The translations under genes and the position numbers were made by a program. Of a stretch of 64,000 nt of DNA, positions 17,501 to 25,656 are shown one piece after another; within the stretch, counting starts at the first letter, position 1; each line of letters opens with the position of its first letter. The stretch covers positions 182,937 to 246,936 of the forward strand of contig CAYJVR010000002.1 in assembly GCA_964373715.1 (NCBI GenBank). Direction: 5' to 3'. Source of the DNA: an uncultured Planctomycetia bacterium (GTDB taxonomy: Bacteria > Omnitrophota > Gorgyraeia > 1-14-0-20-64-10). The notes below the pieces were generated by a model. It saw only the letters and a list, made by a program, of their open reading frames with translations, searched no databases and was not told where the DNA came from.

Positions 17501-19047
17501 TGTTTGTGGTCACCGCCAAGGATTCAAGCAACAATACGATCACCGGCTACTCCGGGCCGTATACCCTGACCTGGACGCCGACCGGTGGTTCGGCTCTAAC
17601 GATTGTCAGTGCATCCGCCTCCGGTTGGGTGAACGGGGCGGTGACTGTGTCGGTGACGATCGGCGGCAGCAATGCGGGGAAAGGAACTTTTCTGGCGGCT
17701 GATAACTCCAGCAACAACCTGCAGTCCGGGTCTTTGCCTTATACCTGGTATCCGGCGCTCTTTACCGTCGGCTCGGTTCCGGAAGAGACCCTCACGTCCG
17801 GGTCCCCGTTTAACCTTATCATCACGGCGAAAGATCTTAGCGGCGCCGTCGTCAGCCGTTATGCGGGGACCGCGGAGCTGGCTATGATTTACCAGCTGCC
17901 GGTGACTGGGACGCTGAAGCTTTCAAAAAAAGCCGTGGTTCCCGCCGATTTCGTCAGCGGGATTGCCAGGGTTTCTGTAAATTACATAGATGCCGGCAAG
18001 GTTAAAATCGAGGCGAAAGACACCACCTATGTCCCGACGAAAACGATTTCAGGCACCAGCAACACTCTGACTTTCTTCCCTGCTTCTTTCGGCGTCAAGA
18101 TGTCCTCTCTGCCGCTCCGCTTAAGTAAGGTTTATGTTGGCCAGCCGTTCTCAGTGACCGTCCAGGCTTTTGCCGCTGACGGGACGACAATAACCCCCAA
18201 CTATAACGGGACCGTGACCGTCTCCGGGTTGGGCGTGACAATGGAGTCCAGGACAGCGATCTTCAGCCCCTCCGCGGACAAGGGAACGCATATTTTTGAA
18301 TCGATGACCGCCTCCTCCACCGGAACGGCAGTAGTGGAGGCCAAGGCGGGGAGCGTCTCAGGGAAATCGGACCCGATGGGGGTGCGGGCCGGTCTGCTGG
18401 TGATTAATCCGGCTTCGGCCTCTCCTCCCGGGACGGTGCAGACGACGGCCTTCATTCTGGATTCGGAGACCGGGTCGGTTGTTTCGGACGATGATTCCAC
18501 CCTCTTTATCCTGGTTTTAGGGACTCCGACGGCCGGGACCGCGGCGGCCTCGCCGGCCGCCTCCGCTCCGGCGAAGATGGCTTCCGGGGTTGTCCCGATT
18601 TCGGTAAGCAAGCAGGATGCCGGAGAGGTGACGGTCTCCGCCTCCGTCGTCGGTTTTTCAATGCCTGTGACACCTGCGGTTCTGCGGTGGACGACTGGCG
18701 GCAGGCGGACGGGGACCGGATTAAAAGTCTTGCAGTTCGAGCAGCGGCCCGGCAGATGGGGAAAATTTCAGACGCCGCCGCTTCGCAGCAAGGGGCAGGA
18801 AAAACTTCCCCCCTCTTTCCAGAAGCTGGAGCAGTCCGGCTCCTTCACAAAGGGGGGGACGCCGTATGATTCCGGGGTCTCTTCGGGACAGCCTCTGGCG
18901 GTTCCCACTCAAGGACAAGCCCCTGCGGAGGGATTCTTAAAAGGGGAATTTCCCGAAGGGTTTAATTCGCCGGAATGGGAACAGCAGCAATTGGAGGAGG
19001 AGAAAGAGCTGATGGACGGAAAGGCCGAGGGAAATTCAGAAAAATGA
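14506..19047 (+). CDS. Giant (1513 aa) secreted surface protein with autotransporter-associated beta-strand repeats, a LamG/concanavalin-like domain and Ig/FN3-like repeats
   Basis: Signal peptide MRPRFSLIFFLALAVLIVSGGAAEA. TWDGGGGADTNWNTAANWSSNSIPGSSDTARFDNS is the canonical start of autotransporter-associated beta-strand-repeat (PATR) proteins. It has three near-identical internal repeats of about 129 aa. A LamG-like block follows (FDGVDDSVSVTS...FTISGWVYPNATASGILLAKWN...HVAAVYAGDEMHVYIDG...FIDEVRLYN). The C-terminal region is Gln/Glu-rich. Confidence 0.75.
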   Translation: MRPRFSLIFFLALAVLIVSGGAAEAATRTWDGGGGADTNWNTAANWSSNSIPGSSDTARFDNSSSNNCTINVNIDVQGIDIRSTYTGTITQSSGKTVTVGTADFSQAGGTFTGGDSTIDCNDRFTLSGGTFTATSGTLFVDDNFTVSGGTFTHNSGTVTLDGGGATASIGSAILNHLTLVKGSNDLAVTGTLDVNGNLTITSVGQINTGTISVAVDVTTSDTAVTGSGTIQFDGTGGQTLAAGGGTGQLPKVTVNKSGGTLTIQDTIGVTGGWTYTAGTVDSGTSTVQFATSAQTVNSGAMSFKNVEIATGTNNLTVTGTMDVNGNLTITSVGSINTGTITIAGNLTTTDTAVAGTAGITLDGTGSQTLGADGGTGQLPRLTINKSGGTLTIQDTIESVGNWTYTAGTVNAGTSTVRFATNAVTVSSGTMVFNNVAIATGGNNLIVTGTMDVNGNLTITSVGNINTGTITVAGNLTSNDTSLGGTGTIKLDGTGTQTISAAAGGQIPIIAIDKSAGTAQLGSTGTFVSTFTITNGTFSQGASFNLTVTGATTVAAGGVFTNTGTGDLTLGGNVSNSGIISFDANGGGSGADDILIRSTAVTQRTWSGAGTFTMVDVDVQRQGVGATPGIITVISGTDSGNNTNWSFGQAAPVLYLKLDDGGGLTAADSSGNGFNGTLLGGALWSSATHAPLTVSDPYSVSFDGVDDSVSVTSAALLNPGLSFTISGWVYPNATASGILLAKWNTTGNARQYSLDLSSNKLRFQVSTNGQSGTIRSVTSSGNVTAGIWTHVAAVYAGDEMHVYIDGTKTSSTGLSTSSAFSSTPALRLARDEQGTFLNGFIDEVRLYNIPLSDAEISALAQRDSTPPSKPLNLILAANADKTQITATVTAPSDSDVSELIWRYTAVDGDTTPSYPSTPTSGTSLGDGVTTDVTPSSNQTKIQGSLAQLKTYGVAVWAKDVAGNISAEAAKASLYLSPPSPRLVITPATGESSIEAGSTKMFVVTAKDSSNNTITGYSGPYTLTWTPTGGSALTIVSASASGWVNGAVTVSVTIGGSNAGKGTFLAADNSSNNLQSGSLPYTWYPALFTVGSVPEETLTSGSPFNLIITAKDLSGAVVSRYAGTAELAMIYQLPVTGTLKLSKKAVVPADFVSGIARVSVNYIDAGKVKIEAKDTTYVPTKTISGTSNTLTFFPASFGVKMSSLPLRLSKVYVGQPFSVTVQAFAADGTTITPNYNGTVTVSGLGVTMESRTAIFSPSADKGTHIFESMTASSTGTAVVEAKAGSVSGKSDPMGVRAGLLVINPASASPPGTVQTTAFILDSETGSVVSDDDSTLFILVLGTPTAGTAAASPAASAPAKMASGVVPISVSKQDAGEVTVSASVVGFSMPVTPAVLRWTTGGRRTGTGLKVLQFEQRPGRWGKFQTPPLRSKGQEKLPPSFQKLEQSGSFTKGGTPYDSGVSSGQPLAVPTQGQAPAEGFLKGEFPEGFNSPEWEQQQLEEEKELMDGKAEGNSEK
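15061..16020. repeat. Intragenic tandem repeat of about 387 bp (two full copies and a partial third) encoding the repeated beta-strand-repeat module
   Basis: Near-identical DNA at 15098, 15485 and 15869 (ctgacgatcacctccgtcgggcagatcaacaccggc / ttgacgatcacttccgtggggagcatcaacaccggt / ctcacgatcacttcagtcggcaacatcaacaccggc). The three minus-strand ORFs in this interval are repeat artefacts. Confidence 0.8.
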
Positions 19048-19148
19048 TTCAGAACGCCACTGGAGTCGTTGGGTTCGGAGCCGTCTAGAAGCGTCTTGAC
19101 GGACTGTTGGCCGAAAGAGTAAACTTTCATCCAGGTAAAGGAGGTTTT

Positions 19149-20924
19149 ATGCCGCCAGTCCGGCATATTGTAAAGCTGACGGGAGAGCGTCTCATCGAAA
19201 AAAAGCTGATTACGTCCGAGCAGCTTGAAAAGGCGCTTCGAAAACAGAAGACCGATTCCCGCCCGCTGGGTGAGATCCTCATCTCCGAGGGGATCCTCAC
19301 GGAAAATCAGTTGATGGAGGTGCTCAGCGAGCAGCTGGGCATCCCGTTCCTCAGCGTTGAGTTCTACGAGGTGGATAAGGAAGCCCTCGCTCTTTTCCCA
19401 AAAGATTTTCTCTGCGAACATCTGGCAATTCCCCTCTTTAAGGTCCACAACACCGTGACGGTGGCGATGGCCGATCCGCTCGATATCCGTACGGTGGATC
19501 GCCTAAGACTTCTTTCAAAATGCGAGATTCAGCCCGTTTTTGCGACCGAAATCGAGATTACAAGAGCGCTCGACCGGTTTTTCGGAGCGGGTGATTCTCT
19601 GGAGAGGGCGATTCAGGAAGCCGAGGCGGGCGTTAAGATGGCGTTGGGGGCGGGGCCCGCCGTTTCACCGGTAAAACCCGCGTGGGCTGGGGAAAAATCC
19701 CCTTCCGCGGAACAGGTCGAGGGGCTGGCCGCCGCCGCGGAGAAGGCGCCGATCGTCAGGCTGGTCGAGACTATCCTCCGGCAGGCGGTCGAAAGCCGGG
19801 CCAGCGATATCCACATCGAGCCGGATGAAGAGGCCTGCCGGGTGCGCTACCGGGTGGACGGCATCCTTTACGATGTTTCTCCGCCGCCGAAGCAACTGGA
19901 ACCTGCGATTATTTCAAGGCTAAAGATCATGGCTTCGCTCGATATTGCTGAGAGGCGCTTGCCTCAGGATGGCCGGATGCAGGTGAGGTTCGGCGATAGG
20001 GAGGTGGATTTCCGCATCTCCACTTTTCCGACGATCTACGGGGAGAATGTGGCAATCCGCGTGCTGGATAAAAGAGCGATTCTGCTGTCTCTGGAAGATC
20101 TTGGTTTTATGCCGGATGCGCTGCACAAATTCAAGAAATTGATCACTCGGCCTAACGGGATACTTTTGGTGACCGGTCCCACCGGCTCGGGCAAGACCAC
20201 CACCCTTTACGCGGCTTTAAGATTGGTTGACGCCGCCCAGCAGAACGTCATCACGCTGGAAGACCCGGTCGAGTACCGGATCCCAAGGGTCCGCCAGTCG
20301 CAGATTGACGTCAAGGCAGGGCTTACGTTCGCTTCGGGGCTGCGGTCCATCGTTCGCCAGGATCCCGATATCATCATGATCGGCGAGATCCGGGACAGGG
20401 AAACGGCGGAGATCGCCATCCACGCCGCCCTCACCGGCCATCTGGTTTTTTCCACCCTTCACACGAACGACGCGGCGGGAGCAATCGCGCGTTTGATTGA
20501 TATGGGGGTTGAGCCTTTTCTCGTGGCCTCCTCCCTGATCGGTGTTCTGGCCCAGCGGCTTGTGCGCACCCTTTGCCCGAAATGCAAGAAGCCTGAGAAC
20601 CTTCCGAAAGAGGGGTTGTTTTCTTTAGGCTTGAAAGAGTTGCCCCCCAAGACAGCGGTATTCCGGGCGGAAGGATGCGATGAGTGCAAGAAATCCGGCT
20701 ACAGAGGAAGAACCGGCATCTATGAATTGCTCGAGATGTCCGAACCGCTGAGGAACCTTACCGTTGCCAAAGCCTCTTCGGGCGACCTTCAGGCGCAGGC
20801 GGTCAAAGAGGGGATGGTGATCCTGCGGCAGGCGGGAGTGGCGAAGGTGATGGAGGGGATCACCACTATCGGTGAGATCCTGCGCAGCACCGACATCCAG
20901 CGGCCGTTGGACAACCAAAGCTGA
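19149..20924 (+). CDS. pilB: Type IV pilus assembly ATPase PilB (GspE family)
   Basis: AAGGAGG RBS, then the ATG at 19149. GspE N-terminal domains are present. Walker A is GPTGSGKTTTLYAAL. The zinc tetracysteine is CPKCKK...EGCDECKKSGYRGRTGIYELL. Confidence 0.85.
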   Translation: MPPVRHIVKLTGERLIEKKLITSEQLEKALRKQKTDSRPLGEILISEGILTENQLMEVLSEQLGIPFLSVEFYEVDKEALALFPKDFLCEHLAIPLFKVHNTVTVAMADPLDIRTVDRLRLLSKCEIQPVFATEIEITRALDRFFGAGDSLERAIQEAEAGVKMALGAGPAVSPVKPAWAGEKSPSAEQVEGLAAAAEKAPIVRLVETILRQAVESRASDIHIEPDEEACRVRYRVDGILYDVSPPPKQLEPAIISRLKIMASLDIAERRLPQDGRMQVRFGDREVDFRISTFPTIYGENVAIRVLDKRAILLSLEDLGFMPDALHKFKKLITRPNGILLVTGPTGSGKTTTLYAALRLVDAAQQNVITLEDPVEYRIPRVRQSQIDVKAGLTFASGLRSIVRQDPDIIMIGEIRDRETAEIAIHAALTGHLVFSTLHTNDAAGAIARLIDMGVEPFLVASSLIGVLAQRLVRTLCPKCKKPENLPKEGLFSLGLKELPPKTAVFRAEGCDECKKSGYRGRTGIYELLEMSEPLRNLTVAKASSGDLQAQAVKEGMVILRQAGVAKVMEGITTIGEILRSTDIQRPLDNQS

Positions 20925-20940
20925 AGGGAGGGGACAAACC

Positions 20941-21135
20941 ATGAATTCTCTGTGCGCGACGAACTGGCTGTTGCTGGCTCTGCTGACGGCTCTTCTGCTC
21001 GACGTCGGGCTGAGGCTCGCAGACCGGCCGGCGGTCGCGGAAACCTTCCAGCTGGATCACTGTATCACGGCCAAGCCGAACGATAAACCGGAGGCCTACC
21101 TGCATACCGCCCACCACACTTACACCGGTCCCTGA
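20941..21135 (+). CDS. Small (64 aa) predicted membrane/secreted peptide
   Basis: Strong GGGAGGGG RBS 7 nt upstream of the ATG. Hydrophobic N-terminus NWLLLALLTALLLDVGL. It lies between convergent pilB and pilT. The call rests on the ORF and RBS only. Confidence 0.3.
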   Translation: MNSLCATNWLLLALLTALLLDVGLRLADRPAVAETFQLDHCITAKPNDKPEAYLHTAHHTYTGP

Positions 21136-21138
21136 AGT

Positions 21139-22581
21139 TTACTGCTTCTGGGCGGAGCCGTAGAGAGTGAGATGAGTTTTCGCGACCTCTTCCGACACAA
21201 TGCCTTGCGCCACCAGGTGGCGAATGGATTTTTCCAGCGTCTGCATATGGTGCGCGGCGCCGGTTTCAATCACGGTGTAGATCTGGGACAGTGAGTTGGT
21301 CCGGATATAGGTGCGGGCCGCGTCGGTCGGCATAAAGACTTCGGTGGCCAGCACTCTGCCGGCCCCGCTGATCTCTTCGCGCGGCAGCAGGTACTGGGTC
21401 AAGATTCCCCTCAGGCAGTTTCCCAGTTGGAGTGCTATTTGAGACCGATGCTGGGAGGACACGAGGGAAAGGAACCGGTCAATCGCCTGGATGGTGTTTG
21501 CCGCGTGGAAAGAGGCCATAACAAGGTTGCCGCTTTCGGCCGCGTTTAAGACGATCTGGGCCGTCTCCGCGTCCTCAATTTCTCCCACGACAATGATGTT
21601 TGGGTCCTGCCGCAGTGCGCGGCGGACCGCCTCCGCGTAGGAAAGAGTGTCGGTTCCGATCTCCCTTTGCTTGATTACGGATTTGATGTTCTGGTGCACG
21701 TACTCAATCGGTCTTTCCAAACAGATGATAACCGCTTCCCTCTCCTGGTTAATCGTGTGGACAAGGCTGTTGAGCGTGGTTGTTTTTCCGGCCCCTGTCG
21801 GTCCGGCGATGAGGATCAGCCCATTGGGAGAACGCGTCCATTCCACAACCGCAGAGGGTATTCCCAATTTCTCTGCGGAAGAAACGTGCGACGGAATGAC
21901 CCGGATGGCCGTCTCCACCTGATTGCGTTGCCAGTGGAGGTTGAACCGGAATCTCTCTGACAGGGAAAGAGAGTAGGCAAAATCCAGCTCCCTCTGCTCT
22001 TCGAAGGTCTCGATTTGTTTCTGCGACATGATGCCGTAGATAATGGCCCGGATCTCTCCCGGTTTGAAAGGAGGCCAGTTTAAAGGAACCAAGTGGTCTC
22101 CCACCCGGGCGATGGGGGGCTGGCCTGTCGTTAAGTGAAGATCAGACCCCCGTTGTTTCACCAAAGCTTGCAGAAGCCGTTGGAGATCAAACGTCTCCAT
22201 GCGGGTCAAAAACTCGACCTGCTGCACCGGTTCAATATGGTCGAATGAGACGCCTAAGAGATACCTTTGCGCGAATTCCTCTTCTTCTACCCGGACGATG
22301 CGTCCGGTAGCGTACAGCTCCCCCTTGGTCCACGGCACTTGAATCTGGATCCTTAGTATTGTGCCCATTTCCAGGGTTTGTTGTGTCCGCAGGAGGACCC
22401 CTTTTGTGCTGAGATCAATAGTCGATGCGGGGTTGATGGGGCCTGTCGTTTTGCCTGCTTCGACGAGTTGGTAGGTGGCGGGGCAGGTTAGATGGATGCG
22501 ATGAGAGAGCCTGGTTTCTTTAAGCCGCTGCGGTTCTTCAGCTTCTTTTTCTTTGATTTCTTTGTTTATGTCATCCGCCAC
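21139..22581 (-). CDS. pilT: Twitching-motility retraction ATPase PilT with an N-terminal PilZ (c-di-GMP-binding) domain fused
   Basis: GTG start with an AGGAGG RBS. The N-terminal 120 aa carry the PilZ motifs RLSHR (RxxxR) and DLSTKG (DxSxxG). The PilT core follows: IAGPTGAGKTTTLNSL Walker A, Asp/His boxes, ...VVGEIEDAETAQIVLNAAESGNLVMASFHAANT. Confidence 0.8.
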   Translation of the reverse strand: MADDINKEIKEKEAEEPQRLKETRLSHRIHLTCPATYQLVEAGKTTGPINPASTIDLSTKGVLLRTQQTLEMGTILRIQIQVPWTKGELYATGRIVRVEEEEFAQRYLLGVSFDHIEPVQQVEFLTRMETFDLQRLLQALVKQRGSDLHLTTGQPPIARVGDHLVPLNWPPFKPGEIRAIIYGIMSQKQIETFEEQRELDFAYSLSLSERFRFNLHWQRNQVETAIRVIPSHVSSAEKLGIPSAVVEWTRSPNGLILIAGPTGAGKTTTLNSLVHTINQEREAVIICLERPIEYVHQNIKSVIKQREIGTDTLSYAEAVRRALRQDPNIIVVGEIEDAETAQIVLNAAESGNLVMASFHAANTIQAIDRFLSLVSSQHRSQIALQLGNCLRGILTQYLLPREEISGAGRVLATEVFMPTDAARTYIRTNSLSQIYTVIETGAAHHMQTLEKSIRHLVAQGIVSEEVAKTHLTLYGSAQKQ

Positions 22582-22686
22582 GAGCTTTATCCTCCTGTTC
22601 AGGATGAAGATTGCTTCTCAAACCGAATAACCCTTTGCTAGTATGGAGTAAATGGAACAATTCTGTCAAGGTAAGAACCTCCCGGC

Positions 22687-23697
22687 ATGAGATGGCTTGT
22701 GGTAGGCGCGGGGGCCATCGGTTCGGTGGTCGGAGGGCTGCTCGCCCGTGCGGGAGAGGAGGTCTGGCTGCTGGGCAGACCCTGGCACCTGGACCGGGTC
22801 AGGGAGAAAGGGCTTTTTATTCGCGGGTTCCTCGGGGAGCACCGGGTGACCTCCTGCCATTTGGCCGAAGGCACCCATCAGCTGCCAGCGCTCCAATGGG
22901 ATGTCATCCTTGTCGCGGTCAAATCCTATTCCACTGAGCAGGCGGCAGAGCTTCTGCCTCCCCTGCTGTCTTTGTCTACAAAAGTAGTTTCTCTTCAAAA
23001 CGGTTTGGGCAACTGGGAGTTTCTTTCCCGATACGTTCCTCCGGGCCAGCTGGTCGGAGGGCGGGTGATTTTCGGAGTGGAGCTGAAGCCGGGAGTGGCC
23101 ACAGTCACCGTGTGGGGCGGGGATATACTGTTGGGGCCGGTCTTTTCGCAGATGAAGGGAGAGGAGGTCGAACCGATTGCTCAGAGATTGTCAGCCGCTG
23201 GACTCCCTTCCAGGGTGACGCCAACCATAAAGGAAGCGCTGTGGTCCAAGGTGATTTACAACAGTTGTTTGAATCCTCTCTCCACCCTCCTGGAGGTTCC
23301 TTACGGCCGGCTTTTGGAGACGGAGGAGACTCGCCGGATAATGAAGCAGGTGGCTCGAGAAGCTTATGAGGTGGCTCAGGCTGAGAAACTTGAGTTGGAA
23401 CCTTCTTCGCCGGATGCTTATGTAGAGGAGCTTTTCAGCCGTTTAATCCCTGCCACGGCGGCGCACCATCCTTCGATGCTTCAGGATATCCATCTTGGCA
23501 GGCGGACCGAGATCGATTTCCTCAACGGGGCTCTGGTCCGGCTGGCGGCGGCCCGCAGGATTCCTGCGCCGGCGAACGAGTTTTTAACAGGGCTGATCAA
23601 AGCCAAGGAGAACTTTTCGAGGCTGCCGGGGTCTCATTCAGAGAAAGAAAAAATCACCTCTTCAAGGCGGGAAGATGGGACCGATTACCGAGACTGA
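22687..23697 (+). CDS. panE: 2-dehydropantoate 2-reductase (ketopantoate reductase, PanE/ApbA family)
   Basis: Rossmann N-terminus MRWLVVGAGAIGSVVGGLLARAG. The C-terminal PSMLQDIHLGRRTEIDFLNGALV matches the PanE signature. It has an unusual 40-aa C-terminal tail that overlaps the next gene. Confidence 0.7.
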   Translation: MRWLVVGAGAIGSVVGGLLARAGEEVWLLGRPWHLDRVREKGLFIRGFLGEHRVTSCHLAEGTHQLPALQWDVILVAVKSYSTEQAAELLPPLLSLSTKVVSLQNGLGNWEFLSRYVPPGQLVGGRVIFGVELKPGVATVTVWGGDILLGPVFSQMKGEEVEPIAQRLSAAGLPSRVTPTIKEALWSKVIYNSCLNPLSTLLEVPYGRLLETEETRRIMKQVAREAYEVAQAEKLELEPSSPDAYVEELFSRLIPATAAHHPSMLQDIHLGRRTEIDFLNGALVRLAAARRIPAPANEFLTGLIKAKENFSRLPGSHSEKEKITSSRREDGTDYRD

Positions 23698-24271
23698 CGA
23701 CAAAGAGCTGGTCCGGCTCGCCCAGCAGGGGGACAGAGGCGCGTTTGATGCCCTCATGTTGAAATACCAGGGGCAGATTATCGGGTTGGCGTACAGGATG
23801 CTCGACAATATGGATGAGGCAGCGGATATCGCGCAGGAGGCTTTTTTCCGGGCTTACCGGGGGTTGAACGGTTTCCGCCGGGAGGCGGCTTTCAGGACCT
23901 GGCTCTACGGGATCACGATCAACCTGGTCCGGCACAAGCGGCGCTGGCACAGCCGGCATAGGACGTCCCAGACTTTTTCGATTACTTTGCCCGAGGAGGA
24001 GGGTTTGGAATCCTCTGCGGCGGAGGAGATCCCGGACCCCGCGCCGGACCCGAGACGGCGGGCGGCCGTCGGGGAGGCTAACGCCAGGGTATCGGAGGCT
24101 CTCGGCAGGTTGCCTGCGCCGCTGAGAACGGTGGTGCTCTTGCGCGACGTGAACGGGTTGCCTTATGAGGAGATTGCCCAGATCTGCAAAGAAAATATCG
24201 GCACCGTGAAATCCCGTCTTCACCGGGGGAGGGGGATGCTGCGGGAGATGCTTGGAGGGATGGAACGATGA
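23675..24271 (+). CDS. ECF-type sigma-70 factor (second copy)
   Basis: LVRLAQQGDRGAFDALMLKYQGQIIGLAYRMLDNMDEAADIAQEAFFRAYRGLNGFRREAAFRTWLYGITINL plus a region-4 HTH (PYEEIAQICKENIGTVKSRLHRGR). Confidence 0.8.
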   Translation: MGPITETDDKELVRLAQQGDRGAFDALMLKYQGQIIGLAYRMLDNMDEAADIAQEAFFRAYRGLNGFRREAAFRTWLYGITINLVRHKRRWHSRHRTSQTFSITLPEEEGLESSAAEEIPDPAPDPRRRAAVGEANARVSEALGRLPAPLRTVVLLRDVNGLPYEEIAQICKENIGTVKSRLHRGRGMLREMLGGMER

Positions 24272-25326
24272 ACTGCGCCAGATATCGTGACCAGTTTTCG
24301 CTTTACCTGGAAGGGGAACTGACAGCCGACCGGAAAGCGGAGATGGAAAACCATCTGAAAGACTGTGCCGCCTGCTCTGCTGAGTTGAAGGCGATGCGCA
24401 AGCTGGTCGCAGAATTGAAAGGACTGCCTCAGCCGGTCGTGCCGGATGGGTTCAGGCAGGGGGTCTGGAACCGGATCAATGCTCCGGCGCCGTGGGCCCG
24501 GTTGCTCGGGGTTTTCGATTCCTGGTTCGTGAAGCTGCCGGTCGGGGCGCTCGCGACGGCTGCCGTTGCCCTTTTAGTGATCAATGTTTTTCATTCCGCC
24601 GGTCCCGAGATGATGGACATGAATAAAAGCCGGCTTGAAGCGCCTGCCTCCGTGGCGGGTAAAACCGATTTGGCTGAGAAAGAACACCTGAATGTCATGG
24701 ATGCTGTTGTGGAGGAGGCCTCAAGAAAACAGGGGAAGCTGAAGGAAAACATTGGCCAATTCCGCCGGACAATGCAAAGCTCTTCCGACAAGAAAGAAGG
24801 TTCACAGAGGGGAGATTTTGCAGGTTCGGATCTTTTTACCGGCCGGGAAGCGGTGATGGAGGCGGAGATGGCCAAAGAGGCCGTTGTTTCCGCGCCGAAA
24901 CCGGCGGCGCCGGCGCTTCAGCCTGTTGCCGAGCCTGCCAAGAGGAGAACCGCTGTTCCTCTGGATGGAAAAGATGATGAGGATGATTCCGTGCGGAACG
25001 AAGTTTCTGAGCGGCAGAGATGGCCGGAAGTAGACTATGTCTGCCTCCGATCGGCCGATCTGCCCGCGGCGGAACAGGCGGTTGTACAGTTCCTCAAGGA
25101 GGTCCCGGTCCAAGAAGTCAGCTGGCCGCTGCCGACCCGGTATTCCCTCACGATGACTTCCGAACAGTTTGATCTCCTTATCGCCCGGCTGAAGAAGCTC
25201 GGAGAGGTGGAAATCCAGCAACCGGCCTTTGAGGGCCGAATGAAAGCCGATGGGAAAAAAGAGCAGCCCGAGCTCAAACGGGTTATTTTGGACCTCCTGC
25301 CTGCGAAAACTCTGGAAAAAGATTAA
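24268..25326 (+). CDS. Anti-sigma factor (zf-HC2 N-terminus and a single TM helix)
   Basis: CARYRDQFSLYLEGELTADRKAEMENHLKDCAACSAELKAM, then the TM helix LPVGALATAAVALLVINVF. Translationally coupled to the sigma gene by a 4-nt overlap. Confidence 0.65.
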   Translation: MNCARYRDQFSLYLEGELTADRKAEMENHLKDCAACSAELKAMRKLVAELKGLPQPVVPDGFRQGVWNRINAPAPWARLLGVFDSWFVKLPVGALATAAVALLVINVFHSAGPEMMDMNKSRLEAPASVAGKTDLAEKEHLNVMDAVVEEASRKQGKLKENIGQFRRTMQSSSDKKEGSQRGDFAGSDLFTGREAVMEAEMAKEAVVSAPKPAAPALQPVAEPAKRRTAVPLDGKDDEDDSVRNEVSERQRWPEVDYVCLRSADLPAAEQAVVQFLKEVPVQEVSWPLPTRYSLTMTSEQFDLLIARLKKLGEVEIQQPAFEGRMKADGKKEQPELKRVILDLLPAKTLEKD

Positions 25327-25587
25327 CAGCGGTCGTCTGGAGCGCAGGGACTAAATCCGTCATTGCGAGCCGATCGTAGCGAGGCGCGGCAATCTCATGC
25401 AAAATTCAATTACGGTTAGCCAGTTCGCGTGTTTGCCGGTTTGCCAGTTAACTCGAAAACTGGCTAACCCGCCAACGCTCTGTTTCAAAACGGAGATGGC
25501 GCTTGTCGTCCGCCACAGATCCTTGGCGGACTCTTCGCAATGACGCATCATTATTTATTGCAATAAGTTACACAACGCAAATTTCGC

Positions 25588-25615
25588 GGAACTTTTTCCG
25601 CCGCGCGGGGTCTTA
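25588..25615 (+). promoter_or_regulatory. Candidate ECF (sigmaE-type) promoter: GGAACTT-N16-TCTTA
   Basis: GGAACTT at 25588..25594, a 16-nt GC-rich spacer, TCTTA at 25611..25615. It lies about 40 nt upstream of the start of the first secreted-protein gene (25657) and directly downstream of the sigma/anti-sigma pair. Confidence 0.4.
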
Positions 25616-25656
25616 CATCAGTGGAACCGATCAACAAGGAAAAAGGAGGAATCACA

